64,000 bases of DNA, taken from Lytechinus pictus. Taxonomy: Eukaryota. The stretch spans positions 6,698,001 through 6,762,000 of the forward strand of contig NC_087250.1 of assembly GCF_037042905.1 (NCBI RefSeq), read 5' to 3'. Shown here one piece after another: positions 38,289 to 50,772 of the stretch. Each line of letters starts with the position of its first letter. Positions within the stretch are counted from its first letter, which is position 1. Under the pieces are notes generated by a model that saw only the letters and a list, made by a program, of their open reading frames with translations, did no database searches and was not told the DNA's origin. The position numbers were made by a program, and so were the translations under genes.

Positions 38289-41200
38289 AGTAGTATAAGA
38301 ACGTCTCCAGCGTCATGACGTAATGTTACGTAGCCCTCATGAATATTAATGAGGGTCATGAATATTAATAAGGGTCGTGAATACATAATGAGGGTGTCTT
38401 GGGCGTCATGACGTCATCCGAGCCCTAGCCTTAACCCTAGCCATAACCCTAACCGTAAGAGTACCAGCAACTGTAACCCTACACGAAACCCTAACCCTAC
38501 CCCAAACCCTGAACACGATGGAAGATGATGCTACTGACGTCAGTCAGTGTCATCATGGACGACATCGATAAGGACATCGTTGGATTGCAACAGGGAAGTG
38601 CAATGGAAGGGGAAGGAACACGACGTGACATGAAATGGGTGGGGGTATAATAATATAATAAAATACAAGGGGAGTTCTATGACATCATACTCGATATAGT
38701 CATCCATGACATCGTTGGATTGCGACAGGGGAGTGTAGAACGTGATGGGACATGAAATGGAGGGGTAAAACAACAGGTTAAAAAACAAGGAAACCTCTAT
38801 AAAGGGTTGAGGAAAACCGTCATTCGTCATTATTGCGACGAAAAAGGAGTAACACTCAAAAACTGGGACCGTCTACATACAACATGTGTAATACAACCGC
38901 AAAACGCCGACGATACCGAATGGTGGCAATAATTTCAGGAACAAGTGGAAAAGGCGGATTTGCTCATGGTCATCGAATATCTGGCCATTATCGAGATTTT
39001 CAAAGACATGAACAAATATCCAAAGACATGGGTGGAAGAATTGATCAAAGAAAATCCTCGGATGAAAGTACGGCAATCGTTGGAGTGCTTGGACCCTTAG
39101 AAGTTGGTCAAATTTTAACCCCACGTAGCGAGAGTGATGTGGATGAGACGAGAGCTGATGGACCCGTACCTCATCACAGAGTATGGGTTGTCTATAGCAT
39201 CATAACTTTATTATTTGTTTTATGAATATGAATTATGAAATATGTAAATTCATAACGTGTATGAAACATGGACATGACATCATAATTATACATAAATTAT
39301 GAATAAATTATGATTAAAGCTATCGTGACATCATACCGATGATGTAGTGGTCCCAAACTTTGCTTGGTTTAGAGCCCTTGGTTGTTTGCTCTCGGTATTA
39401 AGCAGCTATAGGCTTGGATTTGATTCTCAATGTTTACCTCGTTGAGTTTCATGCGAATGCATATATGGGCAGTATCGTCGTAGCCATCAATGATCGATTT
39501 TCTGTATGATAGGACTAGTATGGCGAAAAACAATGGGGGAAGTTGTAAAGAGCGGAGGAAAATGACAATTTATTCGTCAGTTTCGTCATTTGGTTATTTT
39601 CATAATTTTGATAATTTTGTCATTTCGTCATTATTTGTTGTTCTGTCATTTGTCAATCGGTCAATTATTCATTTTGTCGTGCTGCCATTTCGTCATTCCA
39701 TCCTTTAGTGGGAATAGGGTGGGAAAGGGGAGGATCGATCGGCAAGGGAGGAGCCCTGAGGGACAAGTATCCGTCTTTTCATCATTGTACAATTCGTCAT
39801 TTTCATGCCATCGTTTTTTAATTTTTTCTCTCGTTTTGTCATTTTGATAATTTGGCCATTCGGTAATTATTCTACCATTTGTCGATCGGTCAATAATTTA
39901 TTTCTCGTTCAGCCATTCGGTTATTTCGCCGATTTATCATTTTCTTCCTTACGTTATACGCTGTTGTTCTGCTTTTTAACAGTTTCCTAAAGAAATTGTT
40001 CATTGAAAATCAAGAAACATATGCATCATTTTTTTTTTCTACTTTGTTTAATCTGTCTATCATCATTGTACGATTCGTCATTTTAATGTCATCCTGTTTG
40101 TGTTATATCCATGCCATCGTTTTAATGTTTTCTCTCGTTTTGTCATTTTGATAATTGTCGATCAGTCAAATGTTCATTTTCTCCTTCTGTCATTCGGTCA
40201 TTTCGTCGTTTTGTCATTTTCTTCCTTACGTTACGTCGTTGTTTTGTTACTAACAGTTTCCAAAAGAAATGGTTTCATTGAAAATCAATAATAATAATTA
40301 ATAAAGATTTCGGGGGTATAAGAACTTAGGCAGCAATATTGTTTTGGTTGAATCGTTGACATGGGTGTCGATCGTGGGGTGGGGGATATATTTCTCCCAA
40401 TAATATCACATTATAATAATTGTTATGAATCATCTGACAAGTATAGGAGGGAGTAGAAGATGAACAATCATTGTGTATACTTACGATGGCCATCTAGTTT
40501 GTTCTCTTATATCTTTCTTGATTTTCAATGAAACTATTTCTTTTGGAAACTGTTAGTAACAAAACAACGACGTAACGTAAGGAAGAAAATGACAAAACGA
40601 CGAAATGACCGAATGACAGAAGGAGAAAATGAACAATTGACTGATCGACAATTATCAAAATTACGAAACGAGAGAAAAAATAAAAACGATGGCATGGAAA
40701 TAACACAAACATGCAGGATGACATTAAAATGACGAAATGTACAGTGATGATAGACAGATTAAACAAAGTAGAAATTTAAAAAAAATTATGCATATGTTTC
40801 TTGATTTTCAACGAACAATTTCTTTAGGAAACTGTTAAAAAGCGGAACAACAGCGTATAACGTAAGGAAGAAAATGATGAATCGGCGAAATAACCGAATG
40901 GCTGAACGAGAAATAAATTATTGACCGATCGACAAATGGTAGAATAATTACCGAATGGCCGAATTATCAAAATGACAAAACGAGAGAAAAAATTAAAAAA
41001 CGATGGCATGAAAATGACGAATTGTACAATGATGAAAAGACGGATACTTGTCCCTCAGGGCTCCTCCCTTGCCGATCGATCCTCCCCTTTCCCACCCTAT
41101 TCCCACTAAAGGATGGAATGACGAAATGGCACCACGAGAAAATGAATAATTGACCGATTGACAAATGACAGAACAACAAGTAATGACGAAATGACAAAAT

Positions 41201-42549
41201 TATCAAAATTATGAAAATAACCAAATGACGAAACTGACGAATAAATTGTCATTTTCCTCCGCTCTTTACAGCTTCCCCCATTGTTTTTCGACATACTAGT
41301 CCTATCATACAGAAAATCGATCATTGATGGCTACGACGATACTGCCCATATATGCATTCGCATGAAACTCAACGAGGTAAACATTGAGAATAAAATCCAA
41401 GCCTATAGCTGCTTAATACCGAGAGCAAACAACCAAGGGCTCTAAACCAAGCAAAGTTTGGGACCACTACATCATCGGTATGACGTCACGATAGCTTTAA
41501 TCATAATTTATTCATAATTTATGTATAATTATGATGTCATGTCCATGTTTCATACACGTTATGAATTTACATATTTCATAATTCATATTCATAAAACAAA
41601 TAATAAAGTTATGATGCTATAGACAACCCATACTCTGTGATGAGGTACGGGTCCATCAGCTCTCGTCTCATCCACATCACTCTCGCTACGTGGGGTTAAA
41701 ATTTGACCAACTTCTAAGGGTCCAAGCACTCCAACGATTGCCGTACTTTCATCCGAGGATTTTCTTTGATCAATTCTTCCACCCATGTCTTTGGATATTT
41801 GTTCATGTCTTTGAAAATCTCGATAATGGCCAGATATTCGATGACCATGAGCAAGTCCGCCTTTTCCACTTGTTCCTGAAATTCTTGCCACCATTCGGTA
41901 TCGTCGGCGTTTTGCAGTTGTATTACACATGTTGTATGTAGACGGTCCCAGTTTTTGAGTGTTACTCCTTTTTCGTCGCAATAATGACGAATGACGGTTT
42001 TCCTCCACCCTTTATAGAGGTTTCCTTGTTTTTCAACATGTTGTTTTACCCCTCCATTTCATGTCCCATCACGTTCTACACTCCCCTTTCGCAATCCAAC
42101 GACCTCATGGATGACTATATCGAGTATGATGTCATAGAACTCCCCTTGTATTTTATTATATTATTATACCCCCACCCATTTCATGTCACGTCGTGTTCCT
42201 TCCCCTTCCATTGCACTTCCCTGTTGCAATCCAACGATGTCCTTATCGATGTCGTCCATGATGACACTGACTGACGTCAGTAGCATCATCTTCCATCGTG
42301 TTCAGGGTTTGGGGTAGGGTTAGGGTTGCTGGTACATTCAGGGTTAGGGTTTCGTGTAGGGTTACAGTTGCTGGTACTCTTACGGTTAGGGTTATGGCTA
42401 GGGTTAAGGCTAGGGCTCGGATGACGTCATGACGCCCAAGACACCCTCATTATGTATTCACGACCCTCATTAATATTCATGACCCTCATTAATATTCATG
42501 AGGGCTACGTAACATTACGTCATGACGCTGGAGACGTTCTTATACTACT
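38289..42549. mobile_element. Non-autonomous Polinton/Maverick-type foldback element
   Basis: Termini AGTAGTATAAGAACG...CGTTCTTATACTACT. 6-bp TSD ATCATA (38283-38288, 42550-42555). Near-identical inverted arms 38289-40288 and 40518-42549 around a 229-bp spacer. The paralogous intron copy near 53736 has a single ATCATA (empty site). Confidence 0.85.
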
Positions 42550-43040
42550 ATCATATCCTGAGATTTTCAGCCTATTCTATGATTGAGAAGCTCGTTTAAA
42601 TAGACACGATAAGATAACGCAGTAATGTTATGTTTCCGTTTAGATTTTTAAAACTTCAAACCACAACCGTTTTGGGTGCACATTCATTAATAAAATATGT
42701 CAATCAAACGGAATAATGAAATGTCATTTGGGGGATTTACCCAAACTAAATATAACCCTTCCATTTTAAAATCTTATTTATAAAAAACTACGTATATATC
42801 ACTTGGTATTTCTCTAAGATTTTATCATTAAAATGTTTTTTCAAGTGTCTGAATAATAAATAAAATAAATCATCGTGGAATTCTGGGATATTCTCGTTTT
42901 TCTGAAATACCTTTATAATTTATTTCACGAAATGCATGAAAGGTGTGAAGAAAAATCAGAACCCAATATTAGTTCATGCATCAATTATGTTTTTGACACG
43001 GTATTTTTATCCAGCTTTTCGAATTTGTATTTTCCTTCAG

Positions 43041-43342
43041 ATAAACAAATGTCATCTGTCTTCTGAGTTAACTGCTAGAACGTGGTCCTGTCTGAGATCC
43101 TTCACATCACTGAACCATCTCACCATCTCAGACTCATTGCTTAGTTTCTCACTATCACCTCCCGAGCTACCGTCCGTCACAGAGCTAATAGCCTGTAAAC
43201 GGACGTCACAATGCTATAAAGGGTTAATCTCATCACTACCTGGGTTGCGATATATTGAATTCCAAGATGCAGCTAGAGATGACTTTGTTGAATTTGTCGA
43301 GTCTTCAATACGTTTGACATCACTGCAACGACTTGTGATAAA
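43041..43342 (+). CDS. Internal exon (LRR module 2, internally shortened)
   Basis: tttccttcag|ATA AAC AAA TGT... and AA|gtgaga. 302 nt, phase 0-2. INKCHLSSELTARTWSCLRSFTSLNHLTISDSLLSF...SLPGLRYIEFQDAARDDFVEFVESSIRLTSLQRLVI. Paralog of the other two large exons. Confidence 0.82.
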
Positions 43343-43605
43343 GTGAGAGTTCATGCTTTTAGCTCCTTATTTGCCAAGGATGTCCATTCTTACAATAGCC
43401 GTATGCAAAATGCTTTTCCTGGTTAGGTGCTTAAAGCGCTACTATATCACCACGCTGGATATAAATTGTAGGCTTATTGTAATATTCTGAACTAATAAAA
43501 ACGTTTTAGGTAATCAGTAATGAGATAATAATACGTGGTAACTTACACTTAGTGCAGTTTCCAAAACAATACTTAATTCCGTTTTCCTGCCTAGCTAAGC
43601 TTACT

Positions 43606-45400
43606 TAGTCCAGGATAGAAGGTGTCTGATCTTTTTTTTTAGATATACAATGTTTTTTGATGGTTTCTTATCAATTCGAGGGTGCTGATTCCGAACCTGA
43701 ATGATGCCACTCGTGTAACCTTGAGCATTTTCGGCAAATTGGCAAAGTCAAATATGGCCTCCAAAATAATCAAATTACCCATGAAAATCATAAAATTGTC
43801 CGCACATTGGCTATAAAGTACATGTTATTGTGCTGCCGGAGTGAAATACTCTCTGAAAAAAGAAAGAATTTTGACAAAATATTCAGTTCCTTGGAAAGGA
43901 AGACCTTCGGGTTATAGTTATTTAGTTAATCTTTTTCCTTTCCCGGCATCCATGTGACTCTCCTATTCCTATTGTTTGTATATGTTGTTTATGTATTGAT
44001 TATGCCGAATAAAATAATAAAAAAATAATAATAATTTAGGCCCCTGTACAATATTAATAGGGAAAATTAATTTTTACGAAAGTGGGCACTGCAATGCAAG
44101 TAATAATGATCTATGAGTAAGGTAATGTTTGAAAACATGATTGCTAAAGATATGTATCATTTCTTATCTCATGTATGTGATAAATCATTGTACTTAAAAT
44201 ATAATTTTCAACGAAATATATTATTCGGGTTTCATATTTGTGTTAAATATTGTATTTTGACTTTCAAATTGGCCGCCAAAGACATTGAATGCATTATGTA
44301 CAATCGATCTGGGAAACCGATTTTCACAGTAGTCAGCACCTTAAAATGCATAATAATTGTGATCTTAGAGTAAAATATTGTATGAAAACATACTTCCTAA
44401 CACGATATATCATTCATTTTGCCAGGGAGGTGATAAATAATGTATTTTTTAAAGTCAAAATGGCCGCTACAGGCCCTGACGGTAGGCCTATGATGTACTA
44501 TGCGAATGGGCACAAATAATTTTAACAGAATTTGTCTTTGTTTGACTAAATGGTGTTGCATGTATGAGAAAAATATTGTCTGAAAATATGATTTCTAACG
44601 AAATAGATCATTTATATTTGAAATATGCTTTTTGTGGAAATTATCTTTCCCCATTCAAATTTTACATATTACGGTAAGGGACTATGGCGGCAATTTTCAA
44701 TTTCAAAATGCAGTATTCGTCACCTTTCGGACACAAGCTTTGATATGTTTCGTTAGAAATCACCATGTTTAGACAATACTTTACACTTACATGCAAATTC
44801 AGCATTTTTAAAGTAAAAATTCTGTCAAAATTATCTGTCCCCTGTAAGAATGTACATAATGCTTTGGGATCCTATGGTAGCCATTTTAAATTTCAAACTA
44901 AGGCATTTATTACCTTCTCGACAAATATAATTATGATGTATTTAGTTAAAAACCATGATCAAGACAATATTTTTCTTATACATTACATAGTTACGTGCAT
45001 ATTTGGTTCTCATTCTTGTGAAAATTTGTTTCCCTATACCCATATTACATAATTTAGTTAGGGCTTGTAGCGGCCATTTTGAAAGTAAAAATACAGTCAT
45101 TATCACCTATATGGGAGAGGAAATGTTATAAACAATGTATGATTAACTAAACAACTCTGTTCAATTTATTAAACTTTAATCGCCTTTTCTATTCATCTGA
45201 TCTATCTATATCGACCCAACATATCAACGATTTTTCTTAACTCTACGAGGTCCAATACATGTATTATTTTGAATTTGTATTTTCTTTACATATATATATA
45301 TATATATATGAAAACCATTTGTAAACCATTTTTCAGCCATTGGCTGCCAAATGTCCAAATATGTATTGCTTTTTGAATAAATAAACGATCAATATATATG

Positions 45401-45431
<31 letters not shown>

Positions 45432-48047
45432 TTCATAAAAAAAAATCATTTGTTTACAGTATTTTCCTCATACAACAGAATTATATGGATTTCTTAGTCA
45501 GGCAAATTCTAATTCTCACAAAAATATTTGTCCCCATTTACATTGTAGCTCTAAGGGCCCATAGAGGCCATTTTGAATTTCACAATACAGCAGTTATCTC
45601 ATGCATGACAAAAAAAATGGTGTCTCGCTAGAAAAAGCATGTTTTCAGACAAAATGTCACTCGTAGATTACAATTACATTCATTTTATTGTTCTTACTCT
45701 TGTGAAAATTAGTTTCTTCATTCCCTTTGTTCACAATACAGGTAGGGCATATAGCAGCCATTTTGAATGTCAAGATACAGCAATATTACCGAAATATATT
45801 GTATATATTGTCAATATTATATATTGTACACTGTGTAAGGCTTTATTATGGCAGCCACTTTGAATATCATAATACAGCATTTATCACATCATATAGTATA
45901 AAAATGACATAGTTTTATAACAATCAGGTTTTCAGACAGTAGTCCACTCGTAGGTCACAATCACATGCAATAATAGTGCTCTTGTTTTAAAATTATTTTC
46001 CCCATTCTTATTCTACATAATAGCGTATACAGGGGCCTATGTCGGCCATTTTGCATATCAGTAGGAGTGGGCTATACATGGGTCAAAAATACTTTTTTTG
46101 TAATTTCAATATGACAACAGTTTTTTTTTATTCCTTGTAATGTATCTCTACATGAAATGACAATATTTTTTGTCTCGGGTCCGAGAAAAAAGAGTGCCGG
46201 GCCAAAATCCAAAATGGCCGCCAAAACCCCCCAAAATCACAGTTTTGGCCACAACTTTTTTATTTGGTGGTCAATTTCTCTGGTTTTGGTGTCTATTAAT
46301 ATGTCTTGGGGGGGAGGCAATTTGTTTTTCCTATAATTAGTACTTTTAAACTATTATTTGTAGAGTTAAAAGGTAATTATACCTAAATTTTCCAATTTTC
46401 AAAGCCTTTTTTCAGCCAAAAAGTAGGTTTTATCATCCTGGGGTTCTGGGATATTAGATGGTACGAGGTCAACAATAGCAAGCAGCTTTATATAGCTATA
46501 TTGCTTTTATTCCTCCACTTTGGGTTTACGGATATTTGTGAAATATATCTTATTAGATAAAAAATGTCAATTATCCATTGGGGCTATACAGTATACATAT
46601 GTAAAATGTACTGTACATACATACTGCACTGCATAAATGCATTGGCCACAATGACAGATAACAAGGCTTGTATAAACTAGTGTCATAGAAATGAGCTCTC
46701 AGGTTTAGAATTAGATGCCTCAGAAATTGAAAATATATGTTTTGTCTCAGAAATTTAGGACATGTTTTGTCAAATATGCTAATTCAGGGGGCGGAGAGGG
46801 GTAATTTACACTGTAGCTATTCTGGGCCCCGTTGCATAAAAATGTACCATTATGTTAACTTAACTTAATGGTAACTTGCATGCAATCCTTTATTCTGATT
46901 GGCTGTTGATCAGCGTTACCATGATACTAGTAGTTACCCGACCTTATAAACATAGGCCAGTTAGACACCAGAACCAGGTTAAAAAAAACCTCCAAATTAA
47001 GAAGATATGGCTCACATGTATGTGATATTTACATGTAAGTGTAATTTACGTTGCTGGTTTCACCATGTACATCAGCTGACAGGGAATCAAATTCACAATC
47101 TAATTCTAAACCTTTGAAGCTTATTTCTATGACACTACAGTTTATATACAGGCCTTGTCATATGCCATGGTGGTCAATGCATGGATATATGCAGTGTAGT
47201 ATGTACAGTGCATTGCAAACCGTATAGCCCTTATGGATAAATGACTTTTTCTTATATTTGATAAGATATATTTCACAAATATCTGTAAAACCTTAAGTGG
47301 AGGAATAAAAGCAATATAGCTACATGAAGCTACTTGCTATTGTTGACCTCGTACCATCTAATATCCCAGAACCCCAGGATGATAAAACCCACTTTTGGGC
47401 TGAAAAAAGGCTACAAAAATGGGAAAATTTAGGTATAATTACCTTTTAACTCTACAAATAATGGTTTAAAAGTACTAATTAAAGGAAAAACAAATTGCCT
47501 GCCCCCAAAAACATATGAATAGACACCAAAACCAGAGAAAATGACAACCAAATAAAAAAGTTTTGGCCAAAACTGTGATTTTGGGGGGTTTTGGCGGCCA
47601 TTTTGGATTTTGGCCCGGCACACTTTTTTCTCGGACCCGAGACAAAAAATATTGTCATTTCATGTTGAGATAAGGTAAAAGGAACACAAAAAAACTGTTC
47701 CCACAGTAAAACCAAAAATCACCCATTTATAGCCCACTCCTAATATCAGTTAAATAATTTTTTTTTTTCAAATATCGTTTTTCCAACGAGTATTTCACTT
47801 CCGCACAACAACTACATGCATTTTATAGTTAATTTGTGGGCAATTTTACGATTTTCATGGGTAATTTGCATATTTTGGCGGCAATATTTGATTTAGCCAA
47901 TTTTCGGAAAATGCTCAAGGTTACCAAAGTGGCATCATTAAGATTCGGAATCAGCACCCTCGAATTGAAAAGAAACCATAAAAAAACATTGTATATCTAA
48001 CAAAAAACAAAGTTCGACCCCTTCTCTATGTGGCCTATCCTGGACTA
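43606..48047. mobile_element. Academ-like non-autonomous element
   Basis: TAGTCCAGGATAG / CTATCCTGGACTA termini. 3-bp TSD ACT. Subterminal inverted repeats. Contains nested element 46062-47742. Confidence 0.8.
46062..47742. mobile_element. Nested long-TIR DNA element (~650-bp imperfect arms)
   Basis: TAGGAGTGGGCTATA / TATAGCCCACTCCTA termini. 7-bp TSD ATATCAG. Arms ~46062-46720 and ~47095-47742. Confidence 0.8.
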
Positions 48048-48069
48048 ACTCCCATTTATAACGATACAG

Positions 48070-48183
48070 GATGTTCAGGAGGAGACGAATGATTCGGCAA
48101 ATTTGTTTAGCAAAGTGGTCAAGGTCCTTTTAAAGGAGAAATACATTGATTATGAATATGTTGTTATACATATCAATGGAAAG
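48070..48183 (+). pseudogene. Possible extra or decayed exon (114 nt)
   Basis: tacag|GAT GTT CAG...AAT GGA AAG|gtaatt. Open only in phase 0 (DVQEETNDSANLFSKVVKVLLKEKYIDYEYVVIHINGK), which does not fit the phase-2 donor at 43342. Confidence 0.25.
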
Positions 48184-49076
48184 GTAATTATGTGGGGATT
48201 ATCATTAAGTCATTTGAAAGTAACGAACATAATACATAAGGTGGAAATCGCCAATTAAAAAGCGCTAAAATGCCTCTCCGAAATATGCCTCGCATCGGTC
48301 TCTGAATTCTCTCGAATTTGATGACGTACATCATGAAACCAGAAACATGATTGGCTCTCCCACATCAAGCTCCTCTCGCGTGCAAAACCTATTGCAAATG
48401 CTAGTGAACGTGCAATTTCTCCACTCTGTCACGGAGTAGTTCTATCATGAAATAGAAGAAAACCCAGAAGTCATTATCTAGATTTGGATTTCGAAACAAA
48501 TATTGTTGAAGAAGAGTTTGGAGAGTTACAAAGTCAAGTGTCAAAAGAGTCATATTCCGTATTTGCAGGAAGCTTGGCCAAATTATGATCGTTTGTCATA
48601 ATGATCTTTCTAAAGGCATGGTTACTTCATAATGTGGATATTGTTGGCCTTCTCGCTTTACTCCGTTGTAACCAAAGAATACCAATGTTCATATTAGCAA
48701 TTCGGATAAATTAGTCTATAAAGTAGTAGTTATCCTTTTAGAATTTTAATGAAGAAAACAGGAGGGAATTCCGTTATCTCCTTACACCAAACTGAATACA
48801 AAACGCGATTCATGGGCTCAGCATGGACCTAGTAGGTCCATGGGCTCAATATGTGACTAGCCTGTTTTCGGTTATCTATAAGTTCAGCAGTAGTTAATTG
48901 GATGCTGCTTTCAGAATGGTTTTCTATCATCATTACTCCCAGCCATGTACCTTCTCTTTAACTCGGTTAAAGTCATATTGCAATAAACACTTTAAGATGG
49001 TGATTGATATTAAACTAAAAACGAGCCATGTTTTTCGGGGGGGGGGGGGTTGTGTCAATTTGAATGAAGTGTAAAT

Positions 49077-49754
49077 TTCGTCGGCGGTCATCCAAACCGT
49101 CGTACCCACATACGACGGTTGAAAACCCAATTTCAGAAAAAAATCGACTTCAAAGTTTACTATAATTTTCACACTTAGTTCCCCGGCCTTACAATTTATT
49201 CATTGCTAGAAAAATACATGGTTGAAAAGACCAAGACAATTGCTTGACAATGGTATTCTTATTTTTAAACGAAACCAAGGATTATAGAAATTATCGCAAA
49301 AGGGCTCCGTGCTTGTAATTTCGGCTTGAGCGATTTAGATTTCCCCTATACAAAAAACGCCATAGGGAATACAACGACCCTGACCGCGATTTCAATGTGC
49401 GCGGTCAGTCAAAACGTCGTATCGCTTTTCACGTGCAAAGTCATTGCAGTGCAGATGGCCGATACGACAGTTTGGTTGACCGCGCGCACTGAAATCGCGG
49501 TCAGTCAAAACGTCGTATCGCTCTGCTACAGTACATGTTTCCAATGGCATTTGCATATTTTATTAAAAAAGAATATGGTATCGCCGTGAAAATCCCCTCA
49601 TATCTCAGAAACTGAATTAAATTGCTGCCTAGAAATCTATTTATAAATAGAATAGGATTTGTACATTCATTTTCTGCAAAAATCTAAAAATCGTTTTTTT
49701 TTTTTTTTTTAACCAAAATTGACTGATACTACGGTTCGGATGAACGCCGACGAT
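49077..49754. mobile_element. Non-autonomous DNA element (MITE)
   Basis: Imperfect TIR TCGTCGGCGGTCATCCAAACCGTCGTACC / GATACTACGGTTCGGATGAACGCCGACGA. Absent from the adjacent tandem duplicate at ~50220. Confidence 0.7.
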
Positions 49755-50723
49755 TTGTTTGTATTATTACCTCCATGGCCATGGTGATTTCTTTTTCCTC
49801 CAAGAAATATGTGTTCTCATTTTGATAACGATTATGATAATAATGATACGAGGGAGATATTGTTTATATTGTGATGAGACATATATTTCTGAGCATTGCG
49901 ATCACGACGATAACTGTAATTAGTAATGTAATATTATATTATGCTCGCCAAATACCTCTTTTTTCAAGCATCAGATTTGTATGTTGCTAATTGGATGCTG
50001 CTTTCAGAATGGTTTTCTGTCATCATTAGTCCAAGGCATGTACCTTTCTTTAAATCGGTTATTCTAACTTCATATTGCAATGACGTGATGACGCTTGAAA
50101 TGACTATTGCAGATGACCATTCACAAAACTATTTAATAATGGTAATTGATATTAAACTAAACATGAACCATATTTTTCGGGGTTTTGTGGGGGGGGGGGG
50201 TCAATTCGAATGAAGTGCAAAGTTACTTTTTCTTATTACCTGTTATGTTAACGGCGATTTCTTTTTCTTTGAATAAATATGTATTCTCATTTTTATAACG
50301 ATTCTGATAATAATGATACGAGGTACACATTGTTTATAATGTGATGAGACATATACTACTTTCTAAGCATTATGATCACGATGATAACTGATCAGTAATG
50401 TCATATATTATGATCGCCAAATAACTATTTTCTCAAGAATCAGATTTGTATGTAGCAGATACTTATCTGTTTACTACACTGGAGTTGAAAATGATCATCA
50501 AAGAATTGCCGATATACACCCGCCAAACACACCCACACACACAAGGTCCCCCACTTTTGTTTACTTTCTCATATTATCAATGTTAGAACATCACACGAGC
50601 AACTCATTGCTGCTGTGTTTGTCACAATAATGTTGTTATCCATGGTTATTATTCAAATAACTTGAGGCACCTAGTTCACATCTGAATGATGTTTCATTTG
50701 TTTATTATCAATTCCGCACACAG

Positions 50724-50772
50724 AACTCTTGATAAATGGCGATTCCACTTTGATACCACCTCAGGTGTTAAG
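50724..50772 (+). CDS. 49-nt micro-exon (linker of module 2)
   Basis: cacacag|A ACT CTT GAT AAA TGG CGA TTC CAC TTT GAT ACC ACC TCA GGT GTT AAG|gtaagc (TLDKWRFHFDTTSGVK). Same length, phase and LDxWxFxFDxxSGV motif as 31272-31320. Confidence 0.8.

Noticed and set aside
38540..42274. Mirror-image ORF pairs in the ORF track (96, 130/139, 83, 72, 85, 61 aa)
   Set aside because: They appear twice only because of the inverted arms. No recognisable domains, and another frame looks more protein-like.
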